Assembly: GCA_951406725.2 (NCBI GenBank)
Contig: OX597819.1
Location: 40,982,001-41,046,000 of the forward strand
DNA: 64,000 nucleotides
From: Octopus vulgaris
Taxonomy: Eukaryota
Direction of reading: 5' to 3'
Shown here: piece after piece, positions 1 to 14,300 of the stretch
How the letters are laid out: each line of letters starts with the position of its first letter
Position numbering within the stretch: the stretch's first letter is position 1
The notes under the pieces: model-generated
What the model saw: only the letters and a program-made list of their open reading frames with translations
Databases searched by the model: none
Told to the model about the DNA's origin: nothing
Made by a program: the position numbers and the translations under genes

Positions 1-52
1 ACCGCTAAGCATTTCGCCCGGCGCGCTAACGTTCCTGCCAGCTCGCCACCTT
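1..52 (-). mobile_element. tRNA-derived SINE family A, 5' head only (rest lies outside the window)
   Basis: Reverse complement reads GGTGGCGAGCTGGCAGGAACGTTAGCGCGCCGGGCGAAATGCTTAGCGGT, the head shared by many copies in this window. Confidence 0.8.
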
Positions 53-83
53 AACACATATGTCCGCCACAACATATATGTGC

Positions 84-152
<69 letters not shown>

Positions 153-685
153 TATATTAAAATTCTTACATATGTGCAAATACAAACACATAGAAATGTA
201 TATATGTAATTTAACACACATACATACGCACACACATAAACACAGACACATACACACACACTCATACTCGGATACAAATATATATATAATTCATATAATG
301 CAATATGTGCGTGTGTGTGTATGTGTGTATGCATACGTATATATGTATGTAGGCAGGCACGCACACACACACACAAGCACACACACCAGAAATCAAGCAT
401 CCAATAAGCCGATAACTATTTTTAGTTCTATTGTCGATCTTGAAAAACATGCTTTCTGCTGAAGTAATAATGTGCGAGCCATCTGACAGCTTTCTGATGC
501 TGAGATTACTTGGAACAGGAAATGAAAGGCAAGGTCAGTTCATATTTAACGTTGTCGTCGTTCACTCCGTTAGTAGCCAATGAAATGAAAGACACATTTT
601 GTCTTTCATCTCACCTGTCCTGTCTTACATCATAGTATCTAGCTAAGCTATATTAATCCCCTTATTTTTCATATTACAACATAAA

Positions 686-835
686 TGGCTCTGTGGTAAG
701 AAGCTTGCTTCCTAACCACAAGGTCTCGGTTTCAGTCCCCCTGCGCATCATCTTGGGCAAGCATCTTCTACTATAGTCCAAGGCCGGCCAAAACCTTGTG
801 AGTCGATCTGATAGCCGGAAACTGAAAGAAGACAG
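686..835 (+). mobile_element. SINE family B, 5' half, interrupted by a family A insertion
   Basis: TGGCTCTGTGGTAAG...TTCAGTCCC...TTGGGCAAG...GGAAACTGAAAGAAG matches the full copies at 38685 and 52032. Confidence 0.75.
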
Positions 836-839
836 TACC

Positions 840-1072
840 TATTTCTTTACTGCCCACAAGGGGCTACACACAGAGGGGACAAACAAGGACAGACAAACGG
901 ATTAAGTCGATTATATCGACCCCAGTATGTAATTGGTACTTAATTTATCGACCCCGAAAGGATGAACGGCAAAGTCGACCTCGACGTAATTTGAACTCAG
1001 AACGTAGCGGCAGACGAAATACGGCTACGCATTTCACCTGGCGTGCTAACGTTTCTGCCAGCTCGCCGCCTT
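840..1072 (-). mobile_element. SINE family A, full length, with 14-bp TSD
   Basis: A-box-like TGGCAGAAACGTTAG, B-box GAGTTCAAAT, central GCCGTTCATCCTTTCGGGGTCGATAAA; TSD AAGAAGACAGTACC at 826-839 and 1073-1086. Confidence 0.9.
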
Positions 1073-1100
1073 AAGAAGACAGTACCATCGCATGTAAGTA

Positions 1101-1743
1101 CGCGGTCTGATCAATAAGTACCAGGACTGTTGTCATAGTAACGAAGCTAAAGCACGCAGAGTAAAGTCACTTGGCTCAGATTGATCTTGAACTCTGCTGT
1201 GCATGCGCTCTAAGTTTTAATCTTCTTGGCAGGCACGCGTCTCCTACACAAATCTTGAGTGATAATGGACTGAAATGAACCGTAACTAATCCGCACATCC
1301 TCTGATGACTCACTGATGGTGATTCGACGATTTCCTGTCACAGCTGCAAGCACACCTGTAATATTTTTCTCAGTTCTGCTGGTTGCATGTCTCCCAGAAT
1401 GTTAGTCAATATCGACATTTTTCGGCCACTTTGGAAACTTATGAACCACTCGTACACTTGTGTGCGACTCATAAACGCCTCTCCATATACTTTCTGCAGT
1501 TTTGCATAGGCCACTGAGCAGGTATCGCCATGACAACTTTCTCTGTCACGGCTAATGCGATGATTACACGCAACCCACCTTCATACCAAGCACTGCTGTA
1601 AACAGTGGAAGTGAGCTAGAGCGTTAAAACTTAGTGCACATGCACAACAGAGTTCAAGGTCAATCTTTGCCAAGCAGCTTCACTCTGCGTGCTTCAGCGT
1701 CGCTACAATGGCAACAGTCCTGATACTTAATGATCAGACCTCG
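1101..1743 (-). mobile_element. Non-autonomous mariner element with about 120-bp TIRs and a transposase HTH remnant
   Basis: TA|CGCGGTCTGATCAATAAGTA ... TACTTAATGATCAGACCTCG|TA; minus strand encodes a frameshifted KLQKVYGEAFMSRTQVYEWF..GR../HSGRHATSRTEKN..NRRITI..ISYGSFQSIITQDL. Confidence 0.88.
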
Positions 1744-1912
1744 TATGTATGTATGTATGTATGTATGTATGTATGTATGTATGTATGTATGTATGTATGT
1801 ATGTATGTATGTATGTATGTATGTATGTCTGTACGTATGTGTGTGTGAGTGTGTATATATATATATTAAGAACAAACTTACTTAGAAATGGATGCGTACG
1901 TTCCGTCATATA

Positions 1913-2644
1913 ATAACAAATTAATAAATAAAACACATGCATATATACATACATATATGTACGTACCTACATCTACATGTATATATACATGCATATATGG
2001 GTACAGGACACCAAAAAAACGTCGAACACAATGAGAAATGAAAACATAAACACAAAACCAAGGAAATGGACATTTTTCTTAAACAACGAAAAAATAGAGT
2101 ACAGGACATACAACACAAGGAAAATTCCCCTTCTTCAGTAGCCTCTGTTTCATCTACTCCGCGTTTCGAAGGTCAAGGCGAGACACGACTTTATTGAAAC
2201 ATTCCTTCCCGCAAAAAGCAAATTAAATAAAATTTGATATTTTTTTGCGGATGGGTAAAAATGGTAACAAAAACAGGACAGTAAAGAAAGTACAAATTAT
2301 AAACAGTAAAAGACAGGACAAGGAGAATAACAGTAACACAGACATTGAGGGCTGTTAAGCCAAACGAGAGAAAATATTACGAACGCTTGTTGAGAACGGC
2401 AGAGAGAGACACAGGAAAGCCGTCTACACTCGAGGGAAGCGAGGTCAGAAAGACAGTAGTTTTCTCGTCGCTGGTCAGCGATGGGATAGAGGAGGAGTGA
2501 GAGAAAGGGAGAGAAAAAAAGGGAATGTTTGTAGAGAAAACCAGAAAGAACGACCCATTTATGCATGTGTATATATACATGTCGATGTAGGTACGTACAT
2601 ATATGTATGTATATATGAATATGTTTTATTTATTAATTTGTTAT
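1913..2644 (-). mobile_element. Dispersed repeat family X with a terminal inverted copy of about 90 bp (Penelope pseudo-LTR-like)
   Basis: 1913-2002 is inverted at 2553-2644; the body recurs at 34676-35330, 35410-35680 (inverted) and 57975-58190. Confidence 0.6.
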
Positions 2645-2702
2645 ATATATATATGTTGCTTAATGCGTTGTTTCAGCCCTAAGGCTGTGGCAACGCTATG
2701 GC

Positions 2703-2737
<35 letters not shown>

Positions 2738-3299
2738 TGTATGTATGTATGTTTGTATGTATATTTGTTTGTGCGTGTGTTTTTTTATTTTTGTTGTTCC
2801 TCACCACCAACTAACAACTGGTCCTCGTAACTTAGTGGTTCGGCTTAGTAAAAGAAGCCAGGCTTAAAAATTAATACTGGAGTCGATTTGTTCGACTAGA
2901 TTCTTCAAATTGGTGCACCAGCATGGCCGCAGGCCATCGGCTGAAACAAGTAAAATAAAATATAAATGAGTTTTTTATTCTTCGGCGCCACAGCACAGAC
3001 GTTCTCGTCACGTCGTCAGATATTTTCTAGAAAGTGTTTCAAAACTTGCGCATTTATGCAGTAAAAAACCTTTTTAGCCATAAAACAAAATAAGACATTG
3101 AAATAAATGTTAAATTCACATTTGATTTACTTCTTGAAACGTCCAGATTTTCTTCACAGCGATACGGCCTAGTCACGTTGTGGGTTTATGTCAGCGACCA
3201 GGTTGCATTTTGCGGCGAAACTTTTGAAATCTTATTATTAAAATGGTTTGCCCATCATGTAATTGGCCAAGTTTCAACATACAAACTTAGATCAAGTCA

Positions 3300-3581
3300 C
3301 TATACACATTGCCCCCTTGTTATCGAGTATGGCCATTGCACGAAACTTAACTGTTACTGGTGCTGTGATCGAATGTGACTTTTTAGCCCAGCTAAAGATC
3401 TACAATGTCTTGTACAGAATTGGCAACTAAAACCTTTACCGGTAATAGCTGACTGTAGTTGTAACTAGGCTTCATGGACCTTTGCATGTCGTTTAAGTCC
3501 TCCTGCCGAATTACACTCTCTTCCACATGCCCGACAGATATGATTAGCATGGCGTGTTACACCACCACTACCAGTGGCCAT
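3300..3581 (-). pseudogene. Two C2H2 zinc fingers separated by a stop; probably the C-terminus and 3' end of an RTE-clade LINE
   Basis: 3581-3354 translates ..HICRACGRECNSAGGLKRHAKVHEA*LQLQSAITGKGFSCQFCTRHCRSLAGLKSHIRSQHQ*; CxxCxRxCxSxxGLxxH is typical of RTE ORF ends. Confidence 0.65.
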
Positions 3582-3808
3582 ACATACATACATACACACA
3601 TACATACATACATACACACATACATACATACATACATACATTCATATGTACGAGCATACATGCATACATACATACATACATACATACATACATACATACA
3701 TACATACATACATACATACATACATACATACATACATTCATATGTACGAGCATACATGCATACATACATACATACATACATACATACATACATACATACA
3801 TACATACA

Positions 3809-3844
<36 letters not shown>

Positions 3845-3984
3845 TATTTCACTTAGGCACAGCGATACTATAAGTTGATAGAAACATAAGCACTCAAATA
3901 TGAGTGCATTGCATCTTATCGCAGAAACAGCTGTAAGCTGATGAAGTTCATTACATATTCTCTTGTTCCTTTGTCATTTATATA

Positions 3985-4064
<80 letters not shown>

Positions 4065-4140
4065 ACCTATCTACATACATACGTACTTACCTACCTACCT
4101 ACCAACTTACCTACCTACCTACCTACCTACCTACCTATCC

Positions 4141-4235
<95 letters not shown>
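3580..4235. repeat. (TACA)n, (TCTA)n, (CCTA)n and (TCTG)n microsatellite block
   Basis: Directly visible tetranucleotide arrays. Confidence 0.95.
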
Positions 4236-4237
<2 letters not shown>

Positions 4238-4474
4238 CACGCACACATACACACATGCGTGCGCACATGCACACGTATATATATATTATGTGAAGGAAAA
4301 ACTGGAAGCAAATTGCTGGCGTTTCAGTTATTCCGTTACGATTGTTTCTGTAATCGATAATCAAAATCAATAAGCAATTAAAAACTATCACAAATTAGAT
4401 TGACCAACGATCGCATCATCAGATGGCATGTTGATAAATATATGTGCGTGTGTGCGTGCGCGCGTGCGCGTTAG

Positions 4475-4701
4475 TATTTACTTGCTTGAATCATTGGACG
4501 GGCGCCATACTGGGTCCCGCCTGGAAAGGCTTAGTGGAGCAAACCGATCACAGTACTTTGTTTTAATTTGATACATATTCTCCTGGGCTGTTTGCCGAAC
4601 CGCTAGGTTGCAAACCAACACCAGTTGTCAAGCGATGGTAGAGGTTTAAATACAAACGCGTGCGCGCGCGCGCACACACACACACGCACACACATACGCA
4701 T

Positions 4702-4733
<32 letters not shown>

Positions 4734-4822
4734 GCATATACACACACAAACTCGCAAACGATGGGTTCGGCAGTTTCCGGCTGTCGAATTTTACTGCAAA
4801 GGCATTTGTAAGTCCGAGGCTA
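4475..4822 (-). mobile_element. SINE family B, degraded
   Basis: TTTGCCGAACCGCTA, GTTGTCAAGCGATG, internal (CA)n, CAGTTTCCG. Confidence 0.65.
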
Positions 4823-4939
4823 TTTCGCTCATCGCTACGTTTTGAGTTCAAATGTCGCCGGGGTCGACTTTGCCTTTCATCCTTTTGGGGTCGATTAAAT
4901 AAGTACCAGTTACACAAAGGGGTATCTATCTCTCTGGTC

Positions 4940-4983
<44 letters not shown>

Positions 4984-5450
4984 GTAGTAGTAGTAGTAGT
5001 ATTACTAAGGCCGCGAGCTGACAGAATCGTTAGCACACTGGGCAAAATGCTTTGCGGTATTTCGCCCGTCCTTACGTTCTGAGTTCAAATTCCGTCGACT
5101 TTCGGGGTCGATAAAATAAGTACCAGTGAAGCAGTGGAATCGATGTAATCCACTAATACCGCCCCCCTCCCCGCCACTAAATTTCCAGCCTTGTGCCTAA
5201 AGTAGAAAGGATTATTCAAATTTAACTGTTTAAGGTGGCGAGCTGACAGAATGTCTAATACGCCGGACTAAACTCTTTTTAGTATTTCTTCCGAAATAAC
5301 GCTCTGAGTTGAAATACCGTCGAGATCGACTTTGCCTTTCATCCTTTCGGGATCGATAAAATAAATATTAGTTGAGCACTGGGTGTCAACGTAATTAATC
5401 TATCCCCTTCCCTAAAATTGCTGGCCTTGTTACAAAATTCGAAAGAATTA
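4822..5450 (+). mobile_element. Cluster of three SINE family A copies with (ATT)n spacers
   Basis: Repeated GCGAGCTGACAGAAT heads, GTTCAAAT B-box and GCCTTTCATCCTTT centre. Confidence 0.85.
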
Positions 5451-5854
5451 TCATTCAACGTTTTCGCCCATATAATAACTACAGCAAATCCCAAACCAAG
5501 CAGTGTATGCAGTCCTTCATTCCGAGACCCACTTTTTGTTTACTTCCACGCATTCAAACGTGACACTAACTCGTACTATTTATGCTTCTTGTGAAAGACT
5601 TGATAGCGATGTATAATCACATTCGTGATCTATAAAGAAAATGAAAATGCGATTCGGTTCGCCTGGGTCTCTGAGTTTTGGTAAATAAAGAAGAAAGGAA
5701 GCTATCCAAAAATGGGAAACCGGACGCAAAAGCTGCTAACAGAGTGAACTCTGTGTAGGCAACTAAGGATCAAATGCTGGTGTTAAATCGAACAATAGGC
5801 TAAGATAAAAAAAGATAAAAAAGATAGGATGCTATAATAAATCTCTGAGCAAGG

Positions 5855-6110
5855 TATAAACAGTAGCTGCAAGACAACGTGAAGTATATTTGCCACTTAA
5901 ATGTGGCTAACCCTTAAGGGTTGATGCTACTGTTGCTTGTAGCACCAGGAGGACATCTCCTCCAGTTGGCTATTGACACACTTTCTGTGCCCTATCAGTA
6001 TTTGCAAAGATAGGATGGTCGTAGTAGAAATTCTCTTGATTAAAGCCTTGGTCAATGAACGCTGAATGGGGCAAAACAACAATAACAACAACAACAACAA
6101 CAACAGCAAC
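5855..6110 (+). mobile_element. Old retroposon 3' end with (CAA)n tail
   Basis: Ends GGGGCAAAACAACAATAACAAC; similar tails near 7280, 26975, 37870 and 44390. Confidence 0.4.
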
Positions 6111-6911
6111 AATCAGAAGTAACAAGAAAAACAATAATAATTCAGTCTCTTGTGCTTGTATACATAAATCAATAAAAATAGATCAATTCTACGCGGCTAA
6201 TCGGCAAGGTCATTGGAATGCCAGACGAAGTAAATGCAAAGCTGTATTTTCATTCCAGGCCTTTATCAGTCCTGGTTTTAACTGTGTCCTCGAGTATGAA
6301 ACCTCCAACCACCACCACCACCACCACCACCACTAAGCACTCCCGCAGTTTATATAATGTTACATATTTATGGCTGAGTGAATTGAGCCAGCGATTAACA
6401 ATTGCTTCTGCAACGATAAAGAAGTTGTCAAGCAAGTCAGTCAAAGTACAATATTGCCGGACTGTGATTTCAAATCTATTGTTAAAAAAGACAACAATAA
6501 CAGCAACAACAGCAACAACAACAACAACAACAAAACAAACTTAATGTTCTTGCACGTAAACTTTAAAAATAAAGAAAATAAAGCGACTGCGTCGTTTACA
6601 ATAAATCTTGCTCAACCGAAACTTTGGATGACATAAAAATAATATAAAATATAACCTTTTCAATTCTATTTTAACTTTATTTTTAATATTTAATTTTTTT
6701 TTTCACTTTATGTAATGTTGTCTGGAGCTGAAATCGTGACTACTTCAGTTTATATGCAACACCTTCACCATCAACAGCTCAAGGTCACGAAGGAGCCTCA
6801 GTATGGTCGATTGACGTGCTAGAAACATCAACTAAATTCTTCAGAAAAAGGAGTCAACGCTCTTTATCTTGAAAAAAAAGGGACATATAAAAGAATGTAG
6901 TCCTAAATGTG

Positions 6912-7215
6912 AAGGCGCATGGCTCAGTGGTTAGAGCGTCGAACATACGATCGTGAGGTTGTGAGTTCGATTCCCGGACCAGGCTGCGTGTCGTGTTCTT
7001 GAACAAGACACTTTAATTCACGTTGCTCCAGTTAACTCAGCTGTAGAAATGAGTTGCCTTTTGCCTTTCCCTTGGATAACATCAGTGGTGTGGAGAGGGA
7101 AGCCTGGTATGCATGGGCAACTGCTGGCCTTCCACAAAACAACCTTGCCCGGACTTGTGCCTCGGAGGGTAACTTTCTATGTGCAATCACATGGTCATTC
7201 CTGACCGAAGGAGGG
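6912..7215 (+). mobile_element. tRNA-derived SINE family C
   Basis: A-box TGGCTCAGTGG, B-box GAGTTCGATTCC, then TGTTCTTGAACAAGACACTT; related copies at 17995 (+) and 45215-45540 (-). Confidence 0.8.
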
Positions 7216-7423
7216 GCCTCCGAAAAATCCTAGATGACCCTATGAAGACGGGAATTCATTAGGTCGTAGGTCTGCTCAACGGGGAAACAATAACAATAAC
7301 ACAATCAAAAATATCAATGATCTTAATGAGCCAAATAATGGAGCTTTTACAACCACATCGCCCTCAAATCACCCCACCGCAATCCTTATTGCTTTAAGAA
7401 GTTCACATTAGCCCTATATATTG

Positions 7424-7595
7424 AGGAGTGGCTGTGTGGTAAGTAGTTCGCATAGCAACCACATGGTTCTGGATTCAGTCCCACTGCGTGGCACCTTGGG
7501 CAAGTGTCTTCTACTATAGCCTCGGGCCGACCAAAGCCTTGTGAGTGGATTTTGTAGGCGGAAACTGAAAGAAGCCCGTCGTATATATATATATT
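7424..7595 (+). mobile_element. SINE family B, 5' half
   Basis: GGAGTGGCTGTGTGGTAAG...CCTTGGGCAAGTGTCTT...GAAGCCCGTCG(TA)n. Confidence 0.85.
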
Positions 7596-7629
7596 ATTAT
7601 ATTTCGGAATGGTCATTTTGCCAGTTTAG

Positions 7630-9137
<1,508 letters not shown>

Positions 9138-9141
9138 CTGT

Positions 9142-9175
<34 letters not shown>

Positions 9176-9367
9176 TGATAAAGGACGCTCATATAAATAT
9201 CCGTTAATGCCATATCGCCCGAAGCGATAAATGCATGAACATGATGTACCTGATACTACGCACTGTACTGTAATCATGCCAGAAATACGGACTATGATCA
9301 TAAGAAACATGTGAGTTGTAGAAACGCGGGTAGTGATGCATTAAAATATTTATAAATTCCTTTCAAA

Positions 9368-9451
<84 letters not shown>

Positions 9452-9454
9452 GAA

Positions 9455-9666
9455 GGTGGCGCGCTGGCAGAATCGTTAGCACGTCAGACGAAATGATTAG
9501 CGGTATTTCGCTCATTGCTACGTTTTGAGTTCAAATATCACCGGGGTCGACTTTGCCTTTCATCCTTTTGGGGTCGATTAAATAAGTACCAGTTACACAA
9601 AGGGGTCGATATAATCGACTTAATCACTTCCCCAAAATTTGAGGCTTTGTGCTTCCAGTAGAAAAG

Positions 9667-9724
<58 letters not shown>

Positions 9725-9925
9725 GTAGTAGTAGTAGTATTACTAAGGCCGCGAGCTGACAGAATCGTTAGCACACTGGGCAAAATGCTTTGCGGTATTT
9801 CGTCCGTCCTTACGTTCTGAGTTCAAATTCCGTCGACTTTGCTTTTCATCCTTTCGGGGTCGACAAATTAAGTAACTTCCCTCCCACAAAATGTCAGGCC
9901 TTGTGCCTATAATAGAAAGGATTAT
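9455..9925 (+). mobile_element. Pair of SINE family A copies
   Basis: Two heads, B-boxes and AGGC(C/T)TTGTGC..TAGAAA(A/G)GATTAT tails. Confidence 0.85.
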
Positions 9926-10406
9926 CATTGTTATTATTATTGTGTGTGTGTGTGTGTGTGTGTGAGCCTTCGAGCGCGTGTGTGTATGTATGCATGTAGA
10001 TAGGCATACTCCGCATCAGGGTAACCTCCAGATTGTGTAATTCGGTGCTTGCGCAATTTGTAAAGTACGACTTCTAATTCCGGGATTCGGTCTGTCACAA
10101 ATTATAAGAATCCCGCACGCAAGCACACACATACACACTCAAACTAGCGCACGCACGCACACACTCACACACACACATGCATATACGCACGCACGTATTT
10201 TACGTTGTGTGTTAAATGCTAGGCTGACAATTTAAGTTTCATATTACAGGAAAGATATTTAAACTATCGTTGGCTATTTGGTGGTAATTGAACTATGCAA
10301 CATGAAATTTAAGGAGGTGAGGAGATCACGGCCTGATCGAAACCAAGTCTTCTCTGGAACATGAAAGTTATGCTGTTGTCAATAAACATTTCAGATACTA
10401 TAGATA

Positions 10407-10907
10407 CGAGGGAAAGTAAAAAATTATCCGCTCTTTCGCCATAACATATCTTTATTATTGTCACACTGGCTTCTGCGCATGCGTGCTTAAAGTTGGTGCT
10501 ATTGTGGTCACGCGATCAAAGTTTGAGCCTGATTGCGCCATTTTTCTTACTGGCTTTACAGTGTAAGCACGGCCGCTCCACTAAGCAATGCGCACCAAAG
10601 AAGAACAAAGAGCCATGACCCGATTTCTCTGGTCGGAAGGTGTGTCAGATTCTGGAATTCAACGGAGGCTTTTAGCACAATACAGGGAACAAACGTGACG
10701 TATGATGTGGGAGCAGGCCGCCCGTCAACCTCCACCACTGATAAGAAGATTCAGCAAACTCGAGAGATGGTAACGGTGAACCGGTTCACCCACAGCATTT
10801 CTCAGATCACTTGCGTAATTTCGATCATGTGACCGCATTAGTACCAAATATAAGCACGCATGCGCCGAAGGCAGGCGAAAGTGCGGATAATCTTTGACTT
10901 CCCCTCG
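10407..10907 (+). mobile_element. Non-autonomous mariner element (second family)
   Basis: TA|CGAGGGAAAGTAAAAAATTATCCGCTCTTTCGCC ... GGCGAAAGTGCGGATAATCTTTGACTTCCCCTCG|TA; extra subterminal inverted repeat; remnant DVGAGRPSTSTTDKKIQQTREMVTVNR. Confidence 0.85.
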
Positions 10908-10945
10908 TATATAAACTATTTATAAATCTCGCATCTATTTATTAA

Positions 10946-10947
<2 letters not shown>

Positions 10948-10994
<47 letters not shown>

Positions 10995-11041
10995 TGTGTA
11001 GTTATAAGTACATATATATGTGAATAAGTATATATATACAC

Positions 11042-11096
<55 letters not shown>

Positions 11097-11116
11097 CTAA
11101 ATATGCCTGTGTATGC

Positions 11117-11199
<83 letters not shown>

Positions 11200-11524
11200 A
11201 TTACAATTTAGGTTAGTTGAAATATGGTTGTCACATGTTTCAAATGTTAAAGGCAAATAAATACACTGCAGTTTCCGTGGAGAATCCGATATATATATAT
11301 ATGTGTGTGTGTATGTGTGTGTGTGTGTCTGTGTGTGTGTGTGTGTGTGTGTCTGTGTGTGTGTGTTTGTGTGCGAGTGTGTGTGAATGTGTGTGTGTAT
11401 ATGTGCGTGTGTGTGTGTGTCTGTGTGTGCGTGTTTGTGTGCGAGTGTGTGTGTATGTGTGTGTGTGTGTGTGTATTTGTGTGCGAGTGTGTGTGTGTAT
11501 GTGTGTGTGTGTGTATGTGTGTGT

Positions 11525-11562
<38 letters not shown>
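10948..11562. repeat. (TG)n/(TA)n microsatellite block
   Basis: Directly visible. Confidence 0.95.
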
Positions 11563-11565
<3 letters not shown>

Positions 11566-11929
11566 CGCCTGTATATATAATGTTTTAAGCTATGCTAAAT
11601 TATTAACTATTGTTTTTTGAAGAAATGAAACATTTATCAATGCAGTTTTGTTAAGAATTTCATTTCATGCATTTCATATTTTTTTAGAAATATAATTTAC
11701 ATTATTTCCGAGACGCATCTCGCAGCGCAACCAAAGAGTAACGACCACTTCAAGGTAACGCTTTATCGTCTGCCAATATTAAGAGAGAAAATCTTTAAAA
11801 CAATGTTACTTCACCCCCACGTGATTATTTAGTGTCAGTTGAATGTATTTCAACAACAGCCAAATAATCTATAAATTCCACATTAGTTAAAGAAATTTCT
11901 CTGTGTGCATGTGTGTATGTGTGCATGCG

Positions 11930-12003
<74 letters not shown>

Positions 12004-12493
12004 CGTGCGTGAGAGCTAAAAATAAATCAGCGTCTTTCCTGTTTGCCTTTCTTTTTACGGTGGTAGAGCAGAACAACTTGCTTTCCTACATTTGGTCTCC
12101 GTCTACGTGGCATAACAGCACCGCATGCACTGTCTGGCACCAGTTTCAAAATCGATAATGAGGTGGGAGAGAGAGAGGGTGGAGAGAGAGAGGGGGGAGA
12201 GGGGGAGAGAGAGAGAGAGAGAGAAATATACACTAAAATCTATTGATGTGGTAAAGAGGTAAAAATGGAAAAGAAAAGAAAGAAAAAATACTCGGAAGTT
12301 TCCCGGTTTATTCTAACTTCAAAATCTTATGAAATCAAGCTGTACACTTAACGATTGTGTAATTAATGGTTTTAATTAATTTGTTAATCTTTGTTAAACA
12401 AGAAAACAGTTTGGGGGTTTACTCGTTTATCTCTACATACGAAAGATTCAATGTTTTATTTGCTGTGCTGAAACTTTTGCCTCACAAATATTA

Positions 12494-12970
12494 GTTTCCG
12501 ATTTTGGAACAAGGCCAGCAAGTTCGTGGGAGGGGTAAGTCGACCACATCGAACCCAGTGTTCAATTGGTATTTTTCAACCCTTAAACAATGAAAGCGAA
12601 GTGGACCTTGTGGGAATTCGAACTCAGAACATAATGGCGGACAAAAAGCCGCTAAGCATCTTGCCCGGTGTGCTAACGAATCTGCCGGCTCGCCGCCTTA
12701 TTTTGCTTCAGATCGATAAACTATTAAGGGAGAGAGAAAATGCGTATTAAGAGATTGTTTATAATTCTTTCTACTATTGGCACAAGACCTGAAATTCTGG
12801 GGAAAGGAACTAGTCAATTATAAGGACCTCGGTGCTCAACTGGTACTTATTGTATCGACCCCGAAAAGACGAGTTCGACTGAATTTGAACTCAGAGTGTG
12901 AAGACAAACGAAATGCTGCTAAGCCTTTTAATCCGATATGCTAACGGTTCTGCAAGCTCACCATCTTAAG
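12494..12970 (-). mobile_element. Two degraded SINE family A copies
   Basis: GAACTCAGA, GCTAAGC, TGCTAACG and GCTC(G/A)CC motifs each occur twice. Confidence 0.75.
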
Positions 12971-13089
12971 AAATTGTGCATAATGTTATAATTCTATAAT
13001 GTAATAATTTCTGTCACTAAATGTGTAATAGCTTAACTACTGTCATAAATTTATCTTTTACGAGCAAAACGCCCCCCGTCCAATGGATG

Positions 13090-13360
13090 GTGTTGAGTTG
13101 TTAAACATTTAAACCAAATTTTCTCAAAACAACTTGTCCGACCGTCCCATAGGCCTCCCCTTTGAGAAACACTAATTTTCCCACGGCTTTATCGATCGCA
13201 TTCTCACCTGGAATCGATTTTTGTAATTTTTTTTCAAGACTTATACACGCCCTGATACCGTCGGTATCTACATATCAAATTTGAGCGCAATCGGATGGAG
13301 GATGCCCGAGATCCTAGAAGACACACAGACAGGCAGACAGAACATATTTTATATAATAGA
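13090..13360 (-). mobile_element. Non-autonomous Helitron-like 5' portion
   Basis: Minus strand starts A|TCTATTATATAAAA, then CTGTCTG repeats and CCGATTGCGCTCAAATTTG, as in invertebrate Helitron 5' ends. Confidence 0.5.
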
Positions 13361-13639
13361 TTATAATGTAATTTACTCCGAGTGTTATTGTAGTTTTCTT
13401 AGGTGTTGAATACCAGAGCTAAATCAGCCTCCATTTACTTAACTAATCGAACCATGTTTTAATCATGAAATAGAAATTAAAAGAGTGAATATGTTATAAA
13501 GATTTTTATTGCATTAAAATCTAATGCAAAAAATCTTTATAACGTATTCATTCTTTTAATTCCTATTTCAAATTTAGTTCCCCAAATTATGCTTATAACT
13601 TCCAACTGCTCACCAGAGAATTTCGTATAAAGATATAAA

Positions 13640-13858
13640 TCTTCGTTTCAAATTTCGGTACGAAGCCAAGAATTTCGAGGAAGAGGTAAGTCGATTGCAT
13701 CGACCTCAGTACTCAACTGGTACTTATTTTATAGACCCTGAAAGGGATGAAAGGCAAAGTCGACCTCGGCGAAATTTGAACTCAGAACGTAAAGACGGAC
13801 GAGATGCTACTAAGCATTTTGTCCGGCGTGCTAACGTTTTATCCAGCTCGTCACCTTA
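13640..13858 (-). mobile_element. SINE family A
   Basis: GATGAAAGGCAAAGTCGACCTCGGCGAAATTTGAACTCAGAACG. Confidence 0.85.
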
Positions 13859-14212
13859 TAAAGGCATAAATATTGATAGGGAAAAAGAGGTATATTTCTT
13901 GGATACGTTTTAGCAACAATCCGCGTATACCATCATAAATACACTTCGTTACCGTATGCTATTTACAATGTCTGCATATATTCTTTTATGTATGCACTTT
14001 ATAATTGTCTGCTAGTTCCACCTGAAATCATTTGGGAAACTAAAAGCACTAATCTCTGTCGGTTGTCGTCGATATACAGAATATAAAAGAAAGTTATGCA
14101 TTAAATTCAAGATTAAAGCTAGAATTACGAGAGATTTGATGGATTAGACTTTTGCTAAAAACACACTCATATATACATGCGCGCACATATGCATACTCAC
14201 ACACACGCACAC

Positions 14213-14300
<88 letters not shown>

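Noticed and set aside
426-540. Possible plus-strand exon ending AAG|GTCAGT
   Set aside because: Weak acceptor, no recognisable peptide and no partner exons
6912-6985. tRNA-like sequence, also at 15092, 22337 and 52760
   Set aside because: A and B boxes are present but the cloverleaf does not close, and each continues into a SINE body
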